NCBI RefSeq assembly: GCF_001194135.2
Contig: NC_068981.1
Span: 53,770,025 to 53,833,894, forward strand
Length of the DNA stretch: 63,870 nucleotides
From: Octopus bimaculoides
Lineage: Eukaryota
Direction: 5' to 3'
Position numbers and translations under genes: made by a program. This document shows positions 1-12,149 of the stretch, piece by piece. A model generated the notes under the pieces. That model saw only the letters and a program-made list of their open reading frames with translations, ran no database searches and was not told the DNA's origin. How positions within the stretch are numbered: position 1 is the first letter of the stretch; each line of letters starts with the position of its first letter.

Positions 1-46
1 CGATGATGATATGTACAGACATATATATATATATATATATATATAT

Positions 47-351
47 CGCCTGACTGGCCTTTGTTGGGTTTTCGAGCGAGATTGTTGCCAGTACCCCTGG
101 ACTGGCTCTTGTGCGGGTGGCACATAAAAGAAACCATTTCGAGCGTGGCCGTTTTCGTGCGGGTGATACGTAAAAGCATCCACTACACTCTCTGAGTAGT
201 TGGCGTTAGGAAGGGCATCCAGCTGTAGAAACTCTGCCAAATTGGATTGGAGCCTGGTGTTGCCATCCGGTTTCACCAGTCCTCAGTCAAATCGTCCAAC
301 CCATGCTAGCATGGAAAGCGGACGTTAAGCGACGATGATGATGATGATGAT
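47..351 (+). mobile_element. RTE-type LINE 3' end with (GAT)n tail
   Basis: Contains GTTAGGAAGGGCATCCAGCTGTAGAAAC...CCAACCCATGCTAGCATGGAAAGCGGACGTTAA(GAT)n. The same terminus follows RTE RT-coding sequence at 12381-13008 and 40070-40933. Confidence 0.8.
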
Positions 352-2198
352 TTGATAACATTGTTCATGATTATAAGTAGCCTCCATTGTAATGTATAGA
401 TTGTGTGCATAATACAATGGTCCAAGAGTGTACAGGATTCACTTGTGTTGTTAAAATTTAGTTGAGCTTTAAATTATTTTTAACATTTCTAAAGACCTGA
501 AAAAGAAGAGAAATAAAGTTTCAGTCAGTTTTTATTTTTCATCCATTCAGGGTCAATAAAATGATACCAGTTAAGTACCAGCTACTAGTTAAATAATACT
601 GGTTGATTACTGGGTTTGATGTAACATATTATAACCCCACACACCATCGAAATTGCTGACTTTGTTCTTAAATAAGAAGTTGTAATTCATGGCATTTTAC
701 AAAAATGACATTTCTCAATCACTCTTTTACTTGGGCTTGATATACTTATCAAGGGCATAGGTGGTTTAAAATATGTCTTGTAATTATGTGACTTTGGGAT
801 CTTTCTCATCATGCAATACTCAAAGCCTTGTGGGTAAAATCTGTTTGAGGGAAAACTATGAAAACACCTAAGACAGGCTATTACTTTTATTTTTTGGGTA
901 GTAAATTTAATCTATCACATATACAACACTACTGCCTCATGTACTAGTATATGGAGTTTATGTTGTTTCATGTTTAAATCCCTCCTTTATTGCATCATTC
1001 ATATAATTAATTTCCATGTAACTTGTTCTTTTCAGTAATGTAGTTAAACTTTCACAACCATTTCTAAACAACTAGAATCAACTTCATTAAAAGCCCTCAG
1101 GTGGTGACATTAAACTAGGTCATAGATTAAACCTACCACCCAAGCACACCATGGTGTTATTTGAACTCCGAACACAGAGGGCTGAAACCAATACCACAAG
1201 GTGTCCTGTGATATATGTTTCATCCCTAGTATTTGAACTCTGAATGTAAGAAGCCAGAATAAATAACGATGACTTATCAATGCATTTACCTAAATATGAG
1301 AATAAACAATAAAAGTACCGATTCATCTTTGACATTTCTGCTTTGAACATGTTGATTTAAGTCACTATCTTCCATTCATATTTTCTCTTCATATATGATT
1401 CTTTTCTTGAAAGTCTTCCTGGTAATCTTTTTGATCATTTGATTTTAGTGCACTTCCTCTCTCTCTTTCTTGAAGTTGCCACATATTGTCAGCTCAGAGT
1501 TCATATCTATATTCTGTTTTTGTTTATGGGAATATTTTTTTCTTTGATGCCATTGATATCCTGCACCTTTCTACTCAGTTATGTTGGTTCTTCTTATCCA
1601 TTGGTTTTGTCTTGAAGTTTCTCTTATTTCCTGTCTTTGTTCTTACCTTTTGCCTTGAATATCTAATTTTTTTTTTTTTTGCTCTGTCTTCTGTTTTGTT
1701 CCACTGTTAAAATGAGAAGTGGGGATAAAATGTGGAACACAAAAAAAAAAAAAAGAAAAAATTGCAGACATGTAAAAAGATTTTGTGAAACAAGAATAAA
1801 ATTTACTTTTCTATAAAACATTTACATATCTAAATGATGGATTTGAAGAATTATTGAATGATATAAGATCTGTTTATTATTTATAATAAGTTAATGATGG
1901 ATTTCAATACTATCAAAGATGTTACATTTGTTGATCCATTATCTTTAAAAATATTAATAAGTTTCACTTTTCATCTTGGAAAGCACCTTATTACACAGGA
2001 AAACACTTTCCCTTTTTATCTGGAACAGTGTTTAAATGTGAAGTGTGAATAATATTTGTAGTGAAAAAATTTGCAGATTCTAAAAAGACAATAAAAGTTA
2101 ATGAAAGCTAACAAAATAAAAAAAAAACAAAATACCCACCTTACTGATTTATTGTCTGCTGCCTTATAAAAATAAATGATAATAATAATAATAATGGT

Positions 2199-2365
2199 TT
2201 CATATTTTGGCACAAGGCCAGCAATTTTGGGAGTAGGAGTAAGTTGATTACATTGACCCCAATGCTCAACTCGTACCCCAAAAGGACGAAAGGCAAAGTA
2301 GGCATTGACTGAATTTGAACTGAGAATGTAGAGACAGGTGAAGTGCCATTAAGTATTTTGCCCCA
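2199..2365 (-). mobile_element. tRNA-derived SINE family A, partial
   Basis: Reverse-strand B-box-like CAGTTCAAATTC and the shared tail CCTTGTGCCAAAATATGAAACC(ATT)n. Homologous to the copy at 9182. Confidence 0.7.
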
Positions 2366-2433
2366 GAACTTTTTTTTTCTTGCAACCCTATCATCATCAT
2401 AATCATTATTATGTTTTCATTCTATTGAATTAG

Positions 2434-2636
2434 GGTTCGTTCCCTGAGAAGCTAGTATCAGGCTCAGATGATTTTACACTTTACCTGTGGCATCCAGAAT
2501 TAGATTCTCAACCTATCAATCGAATGACTGGTCATCAACAACTGATTAACCAAGTTCTCTTCTCACCTGATACACGGACTATTGCCAGTTGCTCTTTTGA
2601 TAAATCTGTGAAATTATGGCATGGTCGAAATGGCAA
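2434..2636 (+). CDS. NLE1: Notchless homolog 1, internal WD40 exon
   Basis: TAG acceptor at 2431-2433 and GTAAGT donor at 2637. Translates GSFPEKLVSGSDDFTLYLWHPELDSQPINRMTGHQQLINQVLFSPDTRTIASCSFDKSVKLWHGRNG(K), matching the known NLE1 pattern PERLVSGSDDFTLFLW...RMTGHQALINQVLFSPD...ASASFDKSIKLW. Ends in phase 2. Confidence 0.94.
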
Positions 2637-3099
2637 GTAAGTCAAAGAATTTTCTTTTTGTTATTTAAGTCATTATAGTTGCTATTGGTTAAGATTTGGG
2701 GTAGATAGATACTTGTGTTCAAACCCTGCTTCAAGTAAATTAATCAAAGCATGATATTTAACAAGCAAGTAGAGAATTTCCAGTCTATTCAATACATCTA
2801 AAATCTTCAGTTTCTTAAAACAGAAATATATTTTCAAATCTGCATTATGGAAGCTGTGTCAACAATAAAGACAAGATAGTCATAGTTGGAGTAGTTGTTG
2901 AACCCTTCTTTGTTTATATCTACTCAACAACAATAATAAGGTGAACAGTGTGCATAACTTTATAGAACCCACTTATTCTGAGATATTGGGATAATTTAGA
3001 TGAAATGTGTGCAGTTGTTTTTTAACTTGAAATATTTCATTGTAATATTGGGAGGAGAAAGATAAATAGAACAAGTTCTAGAAGGAAGCAGTTTTAATA

Positions 3100-3475
3100 A
3101 GGATAAGACAAACATTTTGTTAGAGAATCTGGGGAATGTATCACAATGAAGGTGATAAGAGGAGGAAAAGTGAATTCATTTAGTTTATGTGTAAGAGCAA
3201 TTAGATTGTAATAGCAGTAGAAGTGGTAAAAACAGCATGTGACATGAAGGTAAGCTAGTGTTTAGAGAGATTGTGTTATCAAAATGAATGATATAAACCA
3301 GCTGAAGACAGAACATGAACTAGGGATAGATGTTAAGTCAGACTTGAGGTAAACTGGAAAGAAAATCTAAAAGCAATAGTTAATTGGCAGGATATGGTAT
3401 AGAGGAATGGTCACACAGACCTACTCCGGTTCATGCCAGTAATATAAAGCAAATATAAAAACATTGACAATGATG
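3100..3475 (+). mobile_element. very old RTE-like 3' fragment
   Basis: Weak translation match to the RTE C-terminus (DVKSDLR, WYRGMV), followed by a decayed CATGCCAG...GATG tail. Confidence 0.3.
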
Positions 3476-4189
3476 GCAGCCGGCTGGTGTAGAAGGAACT
3501 TCCTTTGATATAACATCTAAATTTATTATCTCTTAAGTTCTCTAACTTTTCTTTTATTTATTTTACTGCTTAACATCATAATTTCCAACATCCAATATTT
3601 TTACAATGTAGACCTATTTTACTATATCTCCAAGGATGCATATATGTATATATCAGTTCATAAGTGTGTGTGTGTATCTTACTTGTGTGTATGTGTACTC
3701 TGCTGACTATAAGTGAATCTGTTCATATCTGATTTTCATTTTAATTACACACACACACACACACCTATTTATATGTACACTGATTTTGTTGTTCTTTTTT
3801 TCGTTTGTATTTTGTCCCTTATTTTTTCCTAACCTCAAGACTTAACAGTCATTGATATTTGATATCATCCAATTTTTAAGCAGCAGCCATTGTGGCTCCT
3901 TTCTATGTCGTTAACCTAGAGTTCTAATTTAGTTACGTTAAATTCAAACTATGTTTTTTTCATAACTTTTGGAAGTAATAACTGTGAGGAATTTTCAGAA
4001 GGATCGATACCTTTTTGTTGACCTGTTTGTGCTGTGCTCAGTGGAACATATGGCATCTATATTACAGAATGATAAACATTTAAACTTACTAGATGTGCTT
4101 TATTATAAAATATCTACATTAACACTTTATCATTATTACAAGTGGTTCACTTTTGTTGTTACTATCATCTTTTAATTCCTTTACCTATA

Positions 4190-4386
4190 TTGGTCTCAAA
4201 TTTTGGCACAAGGCCAACAATTCCATGGGAATGGGTAAGTCAGTTACATTGACCCAGTACTCAACTAGTACTTATTTTTATCGACCCTGAAAAAAGTGAA
4301 AGGTAAAGAACTCAGAATTTAAAGACAGATGAAATGCCACTAAGCATTTTGCCTAGTCTGCTAACAATTCTGCCAGCTTGCTAACT
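4190..4386 (-). mobile_element. SINE family A
   Basis: Reverse-strand AAGCTGGCAGAATTGTTAGCA head, GGGTCGATAAAATAAGTAC body and GGCCTTGTGCCAAAATTTGA tail. Confidence 0.75.
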
Positions 4387-4721
4387 TAATTTTTTTTCCA
4401 ATATTGACATCATTATTTTTATCTTTATACATTTGAAGCCTTGTTCCCTGTCTAAAGATATCATCACAATCATTCTAAACATCATTATCATCATCACCAC
4501 TGCCATCATTGATTTTCCTATTAATTTCATCATGATCACAAGTGTTGGCTTTTATCCAGAGAGTGATTCTCACAGTGTGGAGGCATTCTGTTGCTCACCA
4601 GTTGGTTGACCTCTGTGATTCTCACATATTGGGTGACTGAGGTGTAACTGTTTCTCAGCACCCATCTCATTACACAACCTTAAGACATAGTTTGTTGTTT
4701 TGTTGTTATATTGTAACAAAG

Positions 4722-5182
4722 GTGAAAGCAGCAGAAATGGTAGAGCACTGTAAACAATCTTTTACAGTATTTAGTTAAGTACCTCAACATTCTAAGTTCA
4801 AATCCTTCCAAGGCTGACTTCATTCATCATTCCAGAATCAATAAAATAAGTAGCAATCAAATATTGGGGTTGATGTAATTGACTGTTCTCTCCTATTGTA
4901 TTGTTGAACCTTGTGCTTGTGTTAGAAATTATTATCGTTATTATTATTATTATTATTATTATTATAAAAATGAAGTCAGCTGGCAGAATCATTAACATGC
5001 CAGGCATGATGTTTAATGGATTTCTTTTGACTCTTTACATTCTGAGTTCAAATTCTCTCGAGGTTGACATTTCTTTTATCCTTTTAGGGTTGATAAAATA
5101 AATACCATTTGAGCGCTGAGGTTGATGAAATTGACGACCCCCCTCTCCCCAAATTTCAAGCCTTGTGCCTTTAGTAGAAAGG

Positions 5183-5215
<33 letters not shown>

Positions 5216-5435
5216 TAGGCGGTAGATTGGCAAAAACATTAGTCAGAAAGAATGTTTTGTGGTATTTCTTCCGGCCTTAATCTTCTGATTTAAAGCCTCA
5301 TCAACACTACCTTTCATCTTTTCAGGCTCAATAAAATAATGTATCGGTCAATTACAGAGGTCAGTACATTAGATGAACCCATCCCCTGCCAAAAATTCCT
5401 AACATTGTGCCTAAATTAGAAACAATCATCATCAT
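4722..5435 (+). mobile_element. three head-to-tail SINE family A copies (about 4722-4930, 4968-5195, 5216-5435)
   Basis: Each shows a GGCAGAA-type head, a GAGTTCAAATT-type B box (decayed in the third copy), an ATAAAATAAGTAC body and a CCTTGTGCC..AGAAA tail. Copies are separated by (ATT)n tracts. Confidence 0.75.
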
Positions 5436-5556
5436 CATCATCAAGAAGTAAAATTGAAATTATTATTATAAAATGATTTTAAGAAGTTATTTTTTTCTTT
5501 TCATTTATTTTGTACATATTCTCTTATTCATAACTTGTTATTTAATTTACCTACAG

Positions 5557-5716
5557 ATTTCTGACAACACTTCGGGGTCATGTGACTCGAGTTTACCAAA
5601 TTGCCTGGTCAGCTGACAGTCGCCTACTGTGTAGCTCAAGTGCTGACTCCACTATCAAAGTTTGGGACATGGCATCAAAAAAGCTGTTGCATGATCTCCC
5701 AGGTCATGCTGATGAG
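5557..5716 (+). CDS. NLE1: Notchless homolog 1, WD40 exon
   Basis: CTACAG acceptor and GT donor at 5717. The first base completes AA|A (K). Translates (K)FLTTLRGHVTRVYQIAWSADSRLLCSSSADSTIKVWDMASKKLLHDLPGHADE, as in NLE1 LRGHVAAVYQIAWSADSRLL...DLPGHADE. Confidence 0.96.
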
Positions 5717-5924
5717 GTAATTTCCCTCACTTTTATTGTGAATAAACAGTATCATATTAATTCTAACAGTTTTATCTCAACAGTTGCATTGTATGTTTCC
5801 AGAACAGGGCAAACATATATTCATACACTACCATATTGTTTTTGCTACTTTATGTTGTTTCCAATTTTTTAATGGTAAGTTTGGTGGTGGCTTTGGCTGT
5901 GTAGCTAAGAAGTTTGCTTCACAG

Positions 5925-5967
<43 letters not shown>

Positions 5968-5975
<8 letters not shown>

Positions 5976-6326
5976 GGATTAGCATTGAGTTGCTTCTCCA
6001 ACATACTGAAAATTTAGAAATAGCAGTCAAAGAACTACTGATTCTAAACTACAAATTTTTCTCTAAANNNNNNNNNNNNNNNNNNNNNNNNNNNNNNNNN
6101 NNNNNGATATTTATGGCACACATAGAACAAAACCGGAGGGGAAAGCATAAACAAAACAAGACTTGTTTTGTTTATGCTTTCCCCTCCGGTTTTTTGTTCT
6201 ATGTGTGCCATAAATATCGCCATCCATTTAGAGAAAAATTTGTAGTTTAGAATCAGTAGTTCTTTGACTGCTATTTCTAAATTTTCAGTATGTTGGAGAA
6301 GCAACTCAATGCTAATCCCTGTATAT
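5968..6326. repeat. near-perfect palindrome centred on 6161, interrupted by an N gap
   Basis: 5968-6067 is the reverse complement of 6227-6326, and 6106-6160 is the reverse complement of 6162-6218 apart from an A4/T6 homopolymer difference. The spacer is 1 nt. Confidence 0.9.
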
Positions 6327-6448
6327 TTATGATGATAAATGGTTTTACCGATAAAGGTTTTTTCATACTGAACTACTTGGCAAAATTGTTAATTATTAAT
6401 TCTATTATTAATTGACAATTCCCTGCCCTTATTCTTGTATATATATAT

Positions 6449-6479
<31 letters not shown>

Positions 6480-6569
6480 AAACAAAGATATTTAATCCCA
6501 CACAGGTAGAAATATAGGAAAAATAGAAGTTGAAAATGCACTGAGAATAGTTATATTACTTTCTATTAA

Positions 6570-7797
6570 AATATTTGAGGCTTTAACCAGTTTCACAGTT
6601 TACACTGATTTTCAAAAAGTTCAAATAGAAAGACATGGCTTATGTCACAGCTGTCTTGCTTCTGATTAGTGTTTGAAGTTTGCTGTTCTTATAAGGAGTT
6701 CATGGCTCAAATTAGTATGTTTTGAATAGGATTTGATTGGTACCGGATAGTCAAGATAGGTTTTAGAAATCATTGTAGGTTCCCCGCTACGTCTGTGTGT
6801 TAGCATCAGGTGACAATGTTTGGCATCATAAGATAAGGCTGACACAGTTAACTGAACAAGTCCAAACAATCAATGTTCTGAATGTTTTTTGTCAAGTGTT
6901 TGTAGAGAATGAACACATGATTATGTTTAAAACCTTTTCTACATTTCCTGCTACGTGTAGCTTCCTCATGATAAGTGGCAGAATGAATTTTGTGTGTGAA
7001 TAGTTATTTGTGTATGTACTCTGTTAAAGTTTGTTAAATCGTGGTTTGTACTTTTGTATGAAAGTATTTTCTTTGTTTATCCATGCTTCATCTGTGGTAT
7101 TTGCTGAACATAGGTAGAGTGGGAAGACCTGGAATTTGGGGGACTTATTTTTTGCACATTTGTCTATGTGACCACTCAGTGGGATCTGTCTAGTACTGGG
7201 GTCTCATATTTATTGCCAGTGAATGGTCAGTCTATTTCTTAGAGTAAGCTTTGTTTGACATTTGTAATCTTCATTACATCCTTGACATTTGATAGCGTGT
7301 ATTAAATTCCTTGAAGAATATAAAGTGATTTTTTTATAGTAAAAGTCTATCCTGATTTAAATTTGTATGTTGTGTCTTCAATAAGGTTGATGCAGATCCC
7401 ACAATTGTGGTGGCCACATTTTTTGACTGTTGGTGTAGGAATTGTGGAAGGTGATTTAGCAGTTGAAATATTTTAAGGGACTTCGATTGTCTTTTACTTT
7501 TGATTGTTTTGTGTATTTCAAACGCTTGTTTTATTTTGGGGACTTGTTTTAGTAGTGGGATGTTGTGGTGGATAATATTGTAAGCCTCTGTGTTTCTTGA
7601 GTTGTGTGTTGTAATAAAGGGTAGATTATTGAATGTATCTGGAGCGTTTTTCATAGATCTTTGATATTTATTGCTTTGACATGTTCTATTCCATTATCTA
7701 TTAGCATTAATGGATATTGTCTTTTAAATAGTACTTGTTTTAGTTCCTGGAATATTTTATTGCAAATTTCTGTGGTCGAATCAAGTGGCTTCTAGCA
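6570..7797 (-). mobile_element. Penelope-like element fossil (RT C-terminus, Cys-rich linker, GIY-YIG endonuclease, 3' region)
   Basis: Frameshifted translation: ELKQVLFKRQYPLMLIDNGIEH...LPFITTHNSRN...KKCGHHNCGICINL...NLIHAIKCQGCNEDYKCQTKLTLRNRLTIH...PLSGHID...KENTFIQKYKPRFNKL* (stop at 7024-7026). This is the known PLE RT to GIY-YIG arrangement. Confidence 0.85.
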
Positions 7798-7876
7798 GCA
7801 GCAGCCTGAACTACAATGGGCTTGTCCCACAGAGAATATTTCCAATTACTTTTGGGTACCCTCTTTTACACACACG

Positions 7877-7938
<62 letters not shown>

Positions 7939-9181
7939 TATATTAATGCTTGTTTTGATGTTCAGTTATAATCAAAACAATTTAAAATTTATCTGTTAGT
8001 TCAATTCTGTGTTAGAGTTCGAATCCTTCAAACTTTTTTTCATTGTTTTTGAACGTAGGTCTTCCATTTCAACACTCTTACGAGTATTCGTAACCATGTT
8101 ACCACTGTTATAACGACATTGTTATACAGTGGGAGGTATCCTCATTGCCACTGTTATGTCCCGCTATTATACATCAGTAGCTGTGTGAGCTACGAATCCT
8201 AGTCAGCACTGTTAGATCCCACTACTACATATCAGAAAATTAACTAAATTGTAGACCATTCCAACCCATGCAGGCATGGAAATCCAGACATTAAAATGAT
8301 GTTGTTGTTGTTGGTGCTGGTGGTGGTGGCGGCGGCAGTAGCTGCAGCTGCTTCTTCATGTTTCACTCTATTGATCCAAAACTCAAGTCCTGTATGTTCA
8401 AACAATTCTTTGGAAAGTTTGTGTGCTATATCTATTGGATAGAAAGTTGCTGTATTCTAAAACTGAAGATTATCTTTTAATGGATGCACCTAAAATGAAA
8501 CCCTGAAAGTTAAACGGTACAAGCACTCACAAATCTAAACTTCCAGAAAGGCACATTCAAAATTCAGCTTAGTAACCATTAAAAGTCCCCTTTCCAAATT
8601 TATTATTATCTGTGCTATTACAAAAGGTGTGGTCTGTGTAAAATGAATGTTGGAATAGGAATTAATTTGAACTTTTCCTGTTTAACATTTAGAGGGAAGA
8701 TAAGAGACAAAAGAATATTTAGTGAGATACAGTACAATGGGAGGAGAATTGGATACTGCAAGTTTGGAATATCAGTCAGTCATTTCAGTAAAAAAAAAGT
8801 AAAAGGTGGATACAGTGTAATATTTGGGTGAGAGGTTGAAATTTGTGGTACTGACTTTGCCTTTTAGGCAGATAAATGTTTCTGTAATATTATGGAGACT
8901 GAAGTAAGTTTGCCATTCTAGATTTCGCACTAGTTCACCATTATAAAAGTCTCTCCAGGGATAAAGTTCTTGTCAGCAGTGAAAAAAAAAATTTTCTCAC
9001 CAATATTTCTCTTCAAGATAGTGTTCCTATAGAAGAGACCAAGGTTATGTAGGCGGTGTTATATTTCTATTTCTGAGGATGATTGATTTGAGGTAATGAA
9101 GTAATTGTATTTTGGACCATTATCTCATGATCGTGTTGACAATTATGTAATGTATATAATATTTTAATATTTGGAATCTTT

Positions 9182-9400
9182 AAGATGGCAAGCTGGCAGA
9201 ATTGTTTGCACAATGGGCAAAATGCTTAGTGACATTTCATTCATCTTTATGTTCTGAGTTCAAATTCTGCAATGGTAGACTTTGCTTCTCATCCTTTCAG
9301 GATTGATAAAATAAGTACCAGCTGAACACTAGGGCTGATGTAATCAACTTACCTCCTCCCCATGAATTTATTGCCCTTGTGCAAAAATTTGAAACCAATA
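9182..9400 (+). mobile_element. SINE family A, near full length
   Basis: AAGATGGCAAGCTGGCAGAA (A-box-like), TCTGAGTTCAAATTC (B box), GATAAAATAAGTACCAG and TTGTGCAAAAATTTGAAACC tail. Confidence 0.8.
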
Positions 9401-10004
9401 TTTGCAGGTTTTCTCAGAAAAGTTAGAAAATATGCTTCTTAGCTACAAGTTTACTCATTCTATTCTGGAAAGTACATATTTGCGAATATCTTCTAGATGT
9501 TAGTCTTGCATTTTCACTAAGGCATTGTTTAGTATGATAGCATTAATAATAATAAAAATACTAATGATAAAACAATGAAATTATCTTGCCAGTTAGTGAT
9601 TAGCAAATCTCAATCAGAATCATTTCCCACACCACTTAAGACAAATGGAACATTATTGGATTTTTTATTCTAAATATTTTACGTGTTTTTCTGAGTTAGC
9701 ATAGATTAGCTAATTATGAAAATCTGCATATTTGCATAAATTATAAGAGTAATTCATATTTTACGTAGGGTTAGAAAAGGAAACAAGTAAAATAGCATTT
9801 TGTTTTAAAAGAGAAAACAATGCAATGTCAAACAACTAGATCTTTTCAGTTAAACTTAATTGTTTTATATTATTAATATCAAAATAATTATAATGGTCTT
9901 AGTTAATTCTTAATTAAACAAATAGTTATTTTGCATTCAAAACATTTCTTTTTCCCAGGTCAGTAATAGAGTAAACTACACTGAGTATCATTGTCGTTGT
10001 CGTC

Positions 10005-10260
10005 GTCATCATCATCATTTTCAATCCATTCTCCATGTTGACATGGTGGGACAAGTTCTAGTTAGTTCTTATTTGAAGTTGCAGAATTCCTAAATGTGTC
10101 AGGGAACTGCATCTCATTTATGTTTTATCTAACGTGGTTTCTACAGCTGGATGCCCTTCGTAAATCAACCACTTTTTAAAGTGCATTTTATCATAGTACC
10201 AACACTAAAGAAGTTGTTGTCTTCTCAACAGAACAAGACTAAAGGATTTGCTGATCCTTA
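10005..10260 (-). mobile_element. RTE-type 3' tail fragment
   Basis: (CAT)n followed by CCATGTTGACATGG and TTTCTACAGCTGGATGCCCTTC, the reverse complement of the RTE terminus. Confidence 0.6.
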
Positions 10261-10818
10261 TTATGAATGTACTAATTCACCAATGAGACTGATAGATTGG
10301 GTTGAAGAGAATGGCTGAAGAGATGAACCTAGATAGAAAGAAGAAAGAAGAGTATGGTGAAAGGAATAGAATAGTTGGGACATTGAAATCTCTGTTTTTA
10401 TAACACCATTTATGACATTGGATGTTCTGTTTTCCTTTCTCTTCCAGTTTTTCTTCAATCTGCATCCTCTATTTCTCTCACATAACACATACACACGTTC
10501 TTACTCATCTCCTTTTGATGAGAGAAGATAAAATTAATCAGTTACATGTTTACTGATGTAAGAGAGAGAGAGAAGATCTGATGCAATTCATTGTTATTCA
10601 AGCATTGTGATTGAAGGATTAGAGGTGTGGTGAGATGAATGTGCTGCTAGAAGATGAGAGTGAATAAAGACAGATCTAATATATTTTATTTTACTTATGG
10701 CATGACACTGAATAGGAGAAAGAATAAGAGAGATGAGAGAATATTGAATAAGCAAGTATTTCTTGAGTAATATTATAATTAATTAACCTTGTTTTTTTGT
10801 TTGTTTTCATTCTTTTAG

Positions 10819-10889
10819 GTTTATGCCCTTGACTGGAGCCCTGATGGTCAACGTGTAGCTAGTGGCAGTAAAGATAAAACACTAAAAAT
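10819..10889 (+). CDS. NLE1: Notchless homolog 1, last clearly identifiable exon (final WD repeat)
   Basis: TTTTAG acceptor and GTGAGT donor at 10890. Translates VYALDWSPDGQRVASGSKDKTLK plus a split AT codon, matching NLE1 VYAVDWSPDGQRVASGGKDK. Confidence 0.94.
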
Positions 10890-11893
10890 GTGAGTATTTT
10901 ATCTATTAGATTTTATTCCTTTCACTTAAAGCAACCATTGTTCTTTTTCTTTCTTTTTTCTTCCTTAGTTTTATTTATTTATTTGTTTGTTTCCTAATAA
11001 AATATTTGCATTTATGTTATATGTTTCAACTTTATGATATGTTTTTTCATCGCATATTTCAAATTCTCCATGTGTGTATTTTGGATTTTGTGTCAAATTC
11101 TGAAGTTCATCATCATTGTCAGACTGATTCCATTCAGTAGCTGTTACTCATGAGGTGCCTCTGTTGCTTCTATTACATTCTTTCTTATCAATGGGATGAA
11201 TTCGTCCTCAATGCAATCACACCACTGCTCCTCCCAAGATGGCATAAAGACAAGGTGGGCAACTGATAGCAGTGATTTGTATGGTCAAATCAAATCTTGA
11301 ATCACTTCTAGTTCTCACAAATGTAGTGTCTGCTGTTGGAATGATCTCTACATCAAATGTTTGTGGTTTCTGGGAGTGATCAGCTTCTGTTTATAATGCT
11401 ATGAATTCATTGGTTAGTGCCAGCTCAACCCATTCAAGATGTTCTGACACAAGTACAAGTCATCGTGACATAATAATCCAGTGTATATTAATGGGTTAGT
11501 CTTCTAACTGATTAACATACATGTTGGATAATTACGTAATTATACATTTAAAAAAACTAAAAACAGGTGATAATCATCTTCTTCTATCTCTTCTTGTATA
11601 AAAGCCTGTTTAAATTATTAATTATTTATCTAAACTTAGTGAGTCATAAACAAACTAGAGATTGCTGAACAATGAGATGTTTTCATTCTCAAAATATATG
11701 GGCAATAAATGGAAGATACAGTTTGAATTGTATATAACTTTGCTTTATTCATTTTATACGTATATCTTTCATTTAATGTGTATCTTCATTGAATATGTAT
11801 GCTCTTGCTATTGCTAACCATTCAATTTTTGTCAGTTTGGTAACATATGAGTTATGTATACAAGGCAATCACTAAAATGAGATTTGAACTTAC

Positions 11894-11935
<42 letters not shown>

Positions 11936-12149
11936 TTAAGCCAAAACAATGCAAGCTATTAAAAATTAATAATGCTGGTCAATGATTTGTACTTTTACCT
12001 TGTATTTCATTATATCGGGGTTAAGATCCTGTCTTCCTGATATTTACAGATTGAAATAGACAAAAGTACAAACTATTGACCTGTATTAATTGGTTATTAC
12101 TTGCATTTTTTTGGCTTTAAAAAAAATAATAAAAATATATGTATGTTCT

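Noticed and set aside
5707-5716. CTGATGAG hammerhead-like word
   Set aside because: It is NLE1 coding sequence (A-D-E) with no accompanying stems.
11101-11520. Higher-complexity block with protein-like minus-strand patches (HDDL, WEEQWC)
   Set aside because: Could not be assigned consistently to any RT or transposase; too decayed to call.
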